The position numbers and the translations under genes were made by a program. A stretch of 39,555 nucleotides of DNA, from positions 1-39,555 of the IMG/VR virus record IMGVR_UViG_3300021560_000032. The stretch is one strand, 5' to 3'. Source of the stretch: a virus (taxonomy: Duplodnaviria; Caudoviricetes). Position 1 is the first letter of the stretch. Every line of letters starts with the position of its first letter. Shown piece after piece: positions 6,875 to 13,925 of the stretch. The notes beneath the pieces are model-generated. The model was given only the letters and a program-made list of their open reading frames with translations, did no database searches and had not been told where the DNA came from.

Positions 6875-7677
6875 GAGACACGCAGGGCGAGCGCGAATTT
6901 GACCAGTGGTGGAATTCTATAAGCATCGAAGGCCAACTGGCAGATGACTTAGAACACTTCACTATTCGCGAACAGGCTGCGATTGTCAAATTCTGTAAAG
7001 CCGCATTTGAAGCCGCCAGCGCCCCTGCCGTGGCAGGCGAGCCGAGCGGCTGGAAAAAGGCAGTTCTAGACCTTTCGTGGATTCCGCTGCACATACGACA
7101 CGATATAATTCGCAATTTAGAGACACATTTTACCGCTCAGCCTGCCGCGATGGAGAGGCAATGGCGGGAGAAACTTTTCGCCGAATGGCATTGGGATATT
7201 CCGCAGTCTCCAGAAGAATGGGATAAGAGCTACGGTCCAGACGCCAATCCTGCTTTGAAGAATTCTGAACTGTGCGCATGGAATTGGATGTGTCGAGCAC
7301 AAAAAGCAGAAGCAGCCCTGGCCGCATTCCAACGCAGCACCAAAGATGTTCCGTGCCCGGAAAATGAACGGAGCGCCACCACCGCAGAGGAATCGGGCAT
7401 ACGCTCTGCGGGAAACCTGATGAAGAGGCTGCGGGAAAGCGCGAGACTGATGTCTAGCCGCTTCATTAGCGGGTACCAGCACGACAAGAACCAACACGAT
7501 TGTGTTGCCTGTTACGAAGCGGCTAAGGAGGTACGGGAAGCCCTAGCCGCGCTCCCGCCGAGCGAGCCAGACACGCGCTGCAACTTCTACTTTGGCGGAT
7601 TTGACGGCGGGAACAGATGTCATTTAGACAAGGGACATGAAGGTGGCCATTACTGGAAGCGCAGCGAGGGACAATGA
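6871..7677 (+). CDS. Hypothetical mosaic accessory protein
   Basis: 268-aa ORF, ATGA-coupled at both ends; C-terminal C...C.L..GH.G.H motif. Confidence 0.7.
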   Translation: MRDTQGEREFDQWWNSISIEGQLADDLEHFTIREQAAIVKFCKAAFEAASAPAVAGEPSGWKKAVLDLSWIPLHIRHDIIRNLETHFTAQPAAMERQWREKLFAEWHWDIPQSPEEWDKSYGPDANPALKNSELCAWNWMCRAQKAEAALAAFQRSTKDVPCPENERSATTAEESGIRSAGNLMKRLRESARLMSSRFISGYQHDKNQHDCVACYEAAKEVREALAALPPSEPDTRCNFYFGGFDGGNRCHLDKGHEGGHYWKRSEGQ

Positions 7678-8033
7678 GCAAAATATGGACTTGCAAAATC
7701 GGTGAGTGTGACGAGGCGGACCTGCGCGGCCCGAACGGTGAATATCGTGGGGCCGACTTCCCAATGCGCATGGCTGTAAGAGAGGCGTATCGGGAAATCA
7801 CTGGGCGTGATGATAGCTTCTGTTTTTCGGGCTGGGGTGGAGAGTTGACCGAGCCTGAGCGGGCGGTAGTTGAGAATAGAGAACCTGTGCGTGCGCCCGA
7901 CCCGTTGGCAGGGCTGCGCGAAAAGGTGGAAGGGCTGCGCGATACTCGTGTAACCAGTAGCGATTCTGCTTGGGAGTATGGATACAGCGCTGCGATTGGT
8001 GACGTGCTCGCGCTGTTGGGAGGTGGGAAGTGA
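7674..8033 (+). CDS. Hypothetical protein
   Basis: 119-aa ORF, ATGA coupling, SD GAGG. Confidence 0.7.
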   Translation: MSKIWTCKIGECDEADLRGPNGEYRGADFPMRMAVREAYREITGRDDSFCFSGWGGELTEPERAVVENREPVRAPDPLAGLREKVEGLRDTRVTSSDSAWEYGYSAAIGDVLALLGGGK

Positions 8034-8116
8034 GCAACGTGCAACTTTTGCTTCTGTTAGCGGCGTTCTGGTGCTTCGGGTGGCAAACGCGAGCTAGCTG
8101 GAGGAGGAAGCCATGA
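8030..8116 (+). CDS. Small hydrophobic peptide (28 aa)
   Basis: GTGA and ATGA overlaps with both neighbours; SD GGAGGT; MSNVQLLLLLAAFWCFGWQTRASWRRKP. Confidence 0.55.
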   Translation: MSNVQLLLLLAAFWCFGWQTRASWRRKP

Positions 8117-8490
8117 CCGACCTATCGAAGGCCGCAGACGAACTGGCGCTGAAGCTGGAAACCGAACGTTCGCGCATCCTCGCTCGCTGGATGCAAGAAG
8201 GCAGTAAGACGACCAAGCAAACAGAAAAAGAGATTCAGGATTTGCTGACCTCTAGCATCCTCGCCTTCGGGCAGCAAGTGCAGTTGGAGGAGCTTCGTGA
8301 GCGATGCAAAGACTTCTGTTTTTGGTGTGCTAAAGGTTTCGATGTGCAACCATTCAATGAACTACCTTTCTGGCACAAGCCTTACCCAGAAGGCAGGGAT
8401 TTTATCGAGTGCAAGGCAATAAGGTTACGAAAGCGCATACTCGAAATCGAGGCCGAGCTACAAGCCGCGTGCGGGAAAGGGAAATTATGA
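8113..8490 (+). CDS. Hypothetical protein
   Basis: 125-aa ORF, SD GGAGGAGG, CFWC..H..C motif. Confidence 0.7.
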   Translation: MTDLSKAADELALKLETERSRILARWMQEGSKTTKQTEKEIQDLLTSSILAFGQQVQLEELRERCKDFCFWCAKGFDVQPFNELPFWHKPYPEGRDFIECKAIRLRKRILEIEAELQAACGKGKL

Positions 8491-8664
8491 GTGAGCCTCA
8501 AATTGAACTTTCCGTGAAGGTAACCGATGGTAGCTTCGATGCGCGTATCGCCCTGCCCATCACCGCCACGCAGGATGAAATTAGCAAGTTCGTTTCTAGC
8601 TGGCTGGCGACATTGGGAACGGCGGTAGAAATGCTGAAGCGAGAGGCCGCGTGCGGGAAAGGGA
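8464..8664 (+). repeat. 19-bp direct repeat GCCGCGTGCGGGAAAGGGA at two gene junctions
   Basis: Copies at 8464-8482 and 8646-8664, each 4 nt before an ATGA stop/start overlap. Confidence 0.9.
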
Positions 8665-8672
8665 CAACATGA
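8487..8672 (+). CDS. Hypothetical protein (61 aa, start MSEPQ)
   Basis: ATGA overlap at 8487; bracketed by the 19-bp repeat. Confidence 0.65.
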   Translation: MSEPQIELSVKVTDGSFDARIALPITATQDEISKFVSSWLATLGTAVEMLKREAACGKGTT

Positions 8673-8947
8673 GCGACAAAGGGCTGAATCACTTAACTGC
8701 GTTGGTTGGAGACTTGGCTTTCATGGATAAGGCTACAGCAAGGCTGAAGTTGCCTCGCTGGAATGAAACCGAGTCCGTGAATCTCGCCATCTCAATGGCC
8801 CTTGAGAACAGCGAATTGTTTACCGCATTTTGTGAATCCCAATACCCCAAACAAGGCAAGGTGCTCTATCGCGCCTTAGGGCGGGCGCAAAAGAAAATCG
8901 GCATTCGCTATCGTTCCCCAAAGAGGACACGCAAGGAGCAGCCATGA
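8669..8947 (+). CDS. Hypothetical protein (start MSDKG)
   Basis: ATGA overlap at 8669. Confidence 0.65.
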   Translation: MSDKGLNHLTALVGDLAFMDKATARLKLPRWNETESVNLAISMALENSELFTAFCESQYPKQGKVLYRALGRAQKKIGIRYRSPKRTRKEQP

Positions 8948-9132
8948 CGAACCAAACGACACAAGAGCAGACTTACCACGTCATCCTCAGGTCCAACCGC
9001 TACGTCTCGCCGTTCCCTGACCTGCAATTCCTGACCAGGGAAGAGGCTCAGGCGTTCTGCGACAGCCCCGAGGCCGGGGAGTGGCAGGGGAAGCTGGCGA
9101 TCCAAGGGCCGCGCATCGAAAGCGGGAGGTGA
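8944..9132 (+). CDS. Hypothetical protein
   Basis: SD AAGGAG, ATGA overlap. Confidence 0.6.
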   Translation: MTNQTTQEQTYHVILRSNRYVSPFPDLQFLTREEAQAFCDSPEAGEWQGKLAIQGPRIESGR

Positions 9133-9140
9133 GAGGAAAA

Positions 9141-10157
9141 ATGAGTGATCAGAAGACATTTAGCTTCTACAGACTTCTACCCAATGGTAAGTATGAGTTC
9201 TTTGTAGATGCTTCGCTCCTGAGAAGCTTCACTCATTGCGAACGTTATTTCTACCTCAAACACGTGAAGAACCTTCGCCCGAAGGGTTATGGAACGACGA
9301 TGCCATTCCCAATGGCTATAGGTTCGTGGTGGTCTGAGGTCATGGAGATGTTTTATAATTTCCTCCGTGACAAGAGAGAAATCGCAACTCAAGATATTAC
9401 TGATTTCACTGTAAAAGCATGGTACGACTGCAAACTCGAAGCTTGTGCGTTAGCAGAGCCAGACAAGTTCAAAGATTTTGGAGATATCGCCGGTGCAGCT
9501 CTAATGCTTAATGAGTACTACAATTCTCAATATCTTATTGACAAAAACAACTGGAAAGTCGTGGCTGTAGAAGAGGGCTTCGGCCTGAAGAGAGAGGTGT
9601 TTCTTGGAGAGTCCCGAAACGCGGTCGTATATTGGGTTGGGAAGCCCGATTTGGTCGTTGTTGAGAACGACAGACTTACTCCTGTCGATCATAAGACTGT
9701 ATCCCGTATTGACGGACTTACCATTACAAGATACAAACCTAGTACACAGATGCCAGGATATGTGCATTCGTGCGAGGTTATTGCTCAGCAACTTGGATAC
9801 AAAGTCCGAGTTGACCGTTGCGTCATTAATATCTGCTCAAGAAGCCGTCCAAGTGACAATCCAAGATCTGGAAAGAAACGTCCTCGTTTTATTCGGGCTT
9901 ATCCGAACTATAGCCGAGAAGAAATCGAAGAATGGCGCCGTGGAGTCGTAACGAAGTGCTCACGTATCGCCACTTGTCTCTCGACAGGTGAGTGGAATTG
10001 GATGGAGACTTCGTGCGATAACTTCTACAACAGACCTTGTGATTTTAAGAAGTTGGACAGCACCACTCCAAGTGCAAGAGACATTATTCTGATGGCCGAT
10101 TTTATCGAAGAGAAACCCTGGGTGCCATACTCAATAGAGACAAAAGGAGACGAATAG
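9141..10157 (+). CDS. PD-(D/E)xK nuclease (RecB/Cas4-like exonuclease)
   Basis: SLLRSFTHCERYFY, AVEE, GKPDLVV...VDHKT, Q..GY, C-terminal cysteines; start at MSDQK with SD GAGG. Confidence 0.8.
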   Translation: MSDQKTFSFYRLLPNGKYEFFVDASLLRSFTHCERYFYLKHVKNLRPKGYGTTMPFPMAIGSWWSEVMEMFYNFLRDKREIATQDITDFTVKAWYDCKLEACALAEPDKFKDFGDIAGAALMLNEYYNSQYLIDKNNWKVVAVEEGFGLKREVFLGESRNAVVYWVGKPDLVVVENDRLTPVDHKTVSRIDGLTITRYKPSTQMPGYVHSCEVIAQQLGYKVRVDRCVINICSRSRPSDNPRSGKKRPRFIRAYPNYSREEIEEWRRGVVTKCSRIATCLSTGEWNWMETSCDNFYNRPCDFKKLDSTTPSARDIILMADFIEEKPWVPYSIETKGDE

Positions 10158-10162
10158 CCCCA

Positions 10163-11038
10163 ATGCCAATAGAACTACGAACGATGTCTGAAGAACCGCC
10201 CATCTCAAAACTCAAGCTAGCTATCGTAGGCCATGAGAAGAACGGTAAGTCGCGCCTCGCAGCCACGGCTCGAAAGCCTGTCTTATTCCACGACTTCGAT
10301 AATCGAGCCGAAGCTTTACAGGGTATTCAAGGAGTCTACGTTGCATCCTACGTAGACTCAGGCTGGCCGATTCAGCCGACGGGAGCACAAGATTTTCTGA
10401 CAAATATTGCCAAGCTCGAAGAGTCGTTAAGCCTTTCTCGCCTCGGCTTTAAGACTCATCCTGAGAATTTTGTCCGTACGCAAGTAATCGACTCCATCGT
10501 AACGATGGGTATGGCCTTTCAGCGTTACGCAATGTTCACATCGAAGGATTTGAGACGTGAGCTTAACATCGGCTCACAGAAGGTATTCTTACCCGGCGGT
10601 TGGGACACCTGGAACGCTGAAATGATCTCGGTTGAGAATGCGATTCTTCGACTACTTGCTTTGCCTACCGACACGATTATCATCCTACATGAAACCTCTG
10701 AAGAATCAGCTGACTCCACAGCGGAGAAGCCACGCTTTACAGGTCGAGTCGGAGTATTTCCTGTACGCTATCAGCGTCTGATAAAATACTTCAATGAGGT
10801 GTGGAGGGTAAAATTAACGCAGAGCGTTGTAAATAACAAAGCAGCGTACCTTCCTCGTGTCTACCCTCTGCCAAACTATGAGTTCGACTGCGCTACAACG
10901 ATGGGTCTCGACCCTATCGAAGAGCCGAACATCGAAGCGATGATTCGCAAGCATGAGAAAAAGCTTCTGGCCTCAGGAGCTACGCTTCCAGGGCCGAAGA
11001 GTCTACCTTCAAACGTAGAACTAAAACCTAAACTCTAA
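10163..11038 (+). CDS. AAA_24 / Sak4-like recombination ATPase
   Basis: IVGHEKNGKS (Walker A), VIDSI (Walker B), IIILHE; lies between an exonuclease and an SSB-like gene. Confidence 0.8.
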   Translation: MPIELRTMSEEPPISKLKLAIVGHEKNGKSRLAATARKPVLFHDFDNRAEALQGIQGVYVASYVDSGWPIQPTGAQDFLTNIAKLEESLSLSRLGFKTHPENFVRTQVIDSIVTMGMAFQRYAMFTSKDLRRELNIGSQKVFLPGGWDTWNAEMISVENAILRLLALPTDTIIILHETSEESADSTAEKPRFTGRVGVFPVRYQRLIKYFNEVWRVKLTQSVVNNKAAYLPRVYPLPNYEFDCATTMGLDPIEEPNIEAMIRKHEKKLLASGATLPGPKSLPSNVELKPKL

Positions 11039-11058
11039 ACTCAAAAGGAGAATAAAAT

Positions 11059-11526
11059 ATGCCTCGCTTACAAGCAGCGAAAGAACGCATCGAGGGACCG
11101 CCACCGATGCCTGAGCAGATGGTCACGTTCAGGCTCGACGGATTCAAACCCGCCGCAGCGAAGAAGGGTGGTTCCGTCAACCTCAATCCTGTGATGAAGA
11201 TCATCAACAGTGCTGAGTTCAACGACAGAATCATCTTCGAAAACCTCAACACCAAAGGCGAGTGGATTTGGCCTGAGTTCTGCCACGCGCTCGGAGTTCC
11301 TTTGGAGAAAGACAGCAGCGACAACTACGTCTTTCCCGGAGATTTCGTCGGTCCTGAGGATGATCCCTCGAAGTGGCAGTATACTGGACCTCTACTCGGT
11401 CAGATTGGACAATGCTACATCGTCCAGACTGATAACACAAAGGGCGGCGTAAAGAACGCAGTTAAATTTTATGTGTGCAAGCTGCCCGGCTGTTCTCACA
11501 AGCACAAAGACAATCTGATCGGCTAA
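11059..11526 (+). CDS. Putative single-stranded DNA-binding protein (DUF669-like)
   Basis: Beta-rich 155 aa directly after the Sak4-like gene; G..NAVK end motif; SD AAGGAG. Confidence 0.55.
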   Translation: MPRLQAAKERIEGPPPMPEQMVTFRLDGFKPAAAKKGGSVNLNPVMKIINSAEFNDRIIFENLNTKGEWIWPEFCHALGVPLEKDSSDNYVFPGDFVGPEDDPSKWQYTGPLLGQIGQCYIVQTDNTKGGVKNAVKFYVCKLPGCSHKHKDNLIG

Positions 11527-11530
11527 CGAC

Positions 11531-11555
11531 TTTGCGTCTCACAAAAAGACGCAAA
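11531..11555. other. Intergenic hairpin (possible terminator or processing site)
   Basis: TTTGCGTCT / AGACGCAAA 9-bp inverted repeat just after the stop codon. Confidence 0.4.
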
Positions 11556-11658
11556 ACTCGACACCTTCGGTGGCCCACGTCACCGAGCCTCTGTGCCTCG
11601 GCTTTCGAGTTTAAGAGTGCAAAATGGTGATAGCACTCGAATTTTTAAGGAGTTCGCC

Positions 11659-12963
11659 TTGTCCGAACTTACAGAAGGTCTTACTGTTGACGAAGTCATC
11701 GTAGAGTCTCGCATCAGAACTGACCTCGGAGACATCGACGAGCTTTGCAACTCGATTCGTGAAGTAGGCTTAATTCAGCCTATCGTTCTTGATAGAACAA
11801 ATAAGCTCATCGCCGGCGAACGACGTTTCCGCGCACTCAAGCGTTTGGGTTTCAACGTTTTGGTTCATGGTAAGACTTTCGTCTATAACGACGAGCAAGA
11901 TACTCTACGCCTCAAGGCGATGGAGATTGAAGAAAATGTCAAGCGCAAGCAGCTCACATGGCAAGAAGAAGTCTTGGCGAAGAAGCGAATTCTTGAAATT
12001 ATGCAACAAATTCATGGAGTCGCTGGACCAGGCCGTCCTTCGCAGTCAGTTGGACTTGGAGTCACGAGTTCTGGTTTTGGGATTAACAAGCTCGCTTCGC
12101 TGTTGGGCGAAAGTAATGCTCAGACGTCTAAAGACGTCGAGCTCGCCGAGCTTATCGAAGCCGTTCCCGCGCTCGCCAAAGCGGAGACAAAAGAAGCTGC
12201 TCGCCGTCAGGCGACGCTTGCTGTAACTGTCGCTGCTGCGTTGCAGATGGCTCAGAAGAATCCGCCAAAGACAGAACAAAAATGGACACTCTACGAAGGA
12301 GATTTCGTTAACAATGCTAACAATATCGAAGACAACAGTATGGACTTGGTTATTGTGGACCCTCCGTACGGAGCCGATACATCGGGCATGGGTCCAAATA
12401 GCAAAGTTCTGCTGGCGAAGCCTTTTCAAGACAGCCTCGTACCAACCAATGTTCTCTTATCCCACCTTGCCGAACAAAGTTATCGAGTATTACGACCAGA
12501 TAGATTCGCTTGCTTCTTCTTTGACTTCGTGCTCTACGAAGACCTCATCGAACAACTCGACGGCTTCGGCTTTGTCGTCGACATCGTCCCGCTCATATGG
12601 GTCAAGAACACCGTTATCAATACAACACCATATACAAGATACGGCCGCTCGTATGAGCCGATTCTTCTCGCGCGCAAGGGAGAACCGAAGCTAATCCGTC
12701 CTTCTCAACGCGACGTCATTCAAGTTGACAACGTTATCACACGGAGTGCCAATGAACAGAAGCTCTACCAGGCTCAAAAACCTATTGCTCTTATTCGAAA
12801 ACTCATCGAAGATTTATGTGTTCCTAGTGGAACAGTCGTAGATTTCTGTGCAGGCTCAGGAACGACAGGCGAAGCCGCGTTGCGGAGCGGCCGGAGGGTC
12901 GTTTTGTTTGAAAAGGACGTAATTGCTTGTAACATCATCAGAGGTAGATTAGGAGGTCTATGA
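11659..12963 (+). CDS. ParB-like N-terminal domain fused to an N6-adenine/N4-cytosine DNA methyltransferase (beta class)
   Basis: SIREVGLIQPI, LIAGERRFRA, EEN..RK.L (ParB); VDPPY (motif IV), QKP, VVDFCAGSGTT (motif I); TTG start 6 nt after AAGGAG (track start 11593). Confidence 0.88.
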   Translation: MSELTEGLTVDEVIVESRIRTDLGDIDELCNSIREVGLIQPIVLDRTNKLIAGERRFRALKRLGFNVLVHGKTFVYNDEQDTLRLKAMEIEENVKRKQLTWQEEVLAKKRILEIMQQIHGVAGPGRPSQSVGLGVTSSGFGINKLASLLGESNAQTSKDVELAELIEAVPALAKAETKEAARRQATLAVTVAAALQMAQKNPPKTEQKWTLYEGDFVNNANNIEDNSMDLVIVDPPYGADTSGMGPNSKVLLAKPFQDSLVPTNVLLSHLAEQSYRVLRPDRFACFFFDFVLYEDLIEQLDGFGFVVDIVPLIWVKNTVINTTPYTRYGRSYEPILLARKGEPKLIRPSQRDVIQVDNVITRSANEQKLYQAQKPIALIRKLIEDLCVPSGTVVDFCAGSGTTGEAALRSGRRVVLFEKDVIACNIIRGRLGGL

Positions 12964-13493
12964 AAATCTCGATAATGACGATTCCACACAAACAGCAAAG
13001 ATATGAAACAGTGGGAGATTGGTTCACGAACAAACACGACGGTACAGTTAATATTCGTGTCAGCGAGCTTGGTTCATGGCGTTTTGAGCTTCTTGTCGCT
13101 ATACATGAGCTCGTTGAGGCCTTCCAATGTATGCACGACGGTGTTACTGAGGAATCTGTCGACAAGTTCGACAAACAGTACGTCGGCTCCGATAACGAGC
13201 CGGGCGACGATGTCAACGCGCCGTATCGACGCCAGCATTGCCTCGCTACGGGTATTGAGCGCATCTTGGCCTCAACGCTCGGCGTTGATTGGTCGACTTA
13301 TGAAGAGAAGCTGAGCAGGCTCGTCTACGAAGAGCAGCTCGGCAACGGCGTCGTGAAGTGTTCGGAGTGTTTACGAGTCCTTGGTTCTCAACGAGGTATT
13401 AAGAAAGGAAGCTTCATCGTATGTCGACCTTGCGCTGACCATCCGACAAGCAACACGATAATCGAGTGGGAGCCGGAGAATCATCATGCCTGA
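12960..13493 (+). CDS. Hypothetical protein with an HExxE motif and a C-terminal Zn ribbon
   Basis: VAIHELVE, QH..A...E; CSEC...CRPC. Confidence 0.7.
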   Translation: MKISIMTIPHKQQRYETVGDWFTNKHDGTVNIRVSELGSWRFELLVAIHELVEAFQCMHDGVTEESVDKFDKQYVGSDNEPGDDVNAPYRRQHCLATGIERILASTLGVDWSTYEEKLSRLVYEEQLGNGVVKCSECLRVLGSQRGIKKGSFIVCRPCADHPTSNTIIEWEPENHHA

Positions 13494-13707
13494 TTTATTT
13501 AACGAGACTGGTCATAACAGCATCGACGAGCGAAATGACGAGGCCATTCGCTTACTCGATGAACTGAATGCAAATCTCGAGCCTTTACTACTACATGAGC
13601 GTAGCTTCATCATCGACATGACGAATAGAAAAGACGCCGGTACGCTCCGTTGCTCAGGGAAGCAGCTTTTTTGGTTGAGGGATCTTTACGAGAAGTATTG
13701 CTTATGA
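13486..13707 (+). CDS. Hypothetical protein
   Basis: 73-aa ORF, SD GGAG, SGKQLFWLRDL motif. Confidence 0.7.
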   Translation: MPDLFNETGHNSIDERNDEAIRLLDELNANLEPLLLHERSFIIDMTNRKDAGTLRCSGKQLFWLRDLYEKYCL

Positions 13708-13925
13708 GAGTATATAATCGTCAGGAAGGAGAGATTCTCGCAGAGGGAGTAAACTACAATCACTCTAACCACTATCAATATGTAGCAATCCGACACGACG
13801 ACAACGTTATGCAAATCTCGTGGCATAAAGATAGTCCAAAAAATTATAACTTGGAGACATATCACATAGTTTATGGGACCCCATACCCTAGAACTGAAGC
13901 AACTCTGCTCGAAGCTTGGACGTAA
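13704..13925 (+). CDS. Hypothetical protein (start MRVYN)
   Basis: ATGA overlap at 13704; AT-rich; overlaps the polymerase start. Confidence 0.5.
   Translation: MRVYNRQEGEILAEGVNYNHSNHYQYVAIRHDDNVMQISWHKDSPKNYNLETYHIVYGTPYPRTEATLLEAWT

Noticed and set aside
9141-10157. Cas4 / CRISPR system
   Set aside because: No repeat-spacer array or other cas genes seen; the context is an exonuclease-Sak4-SSB recombination module
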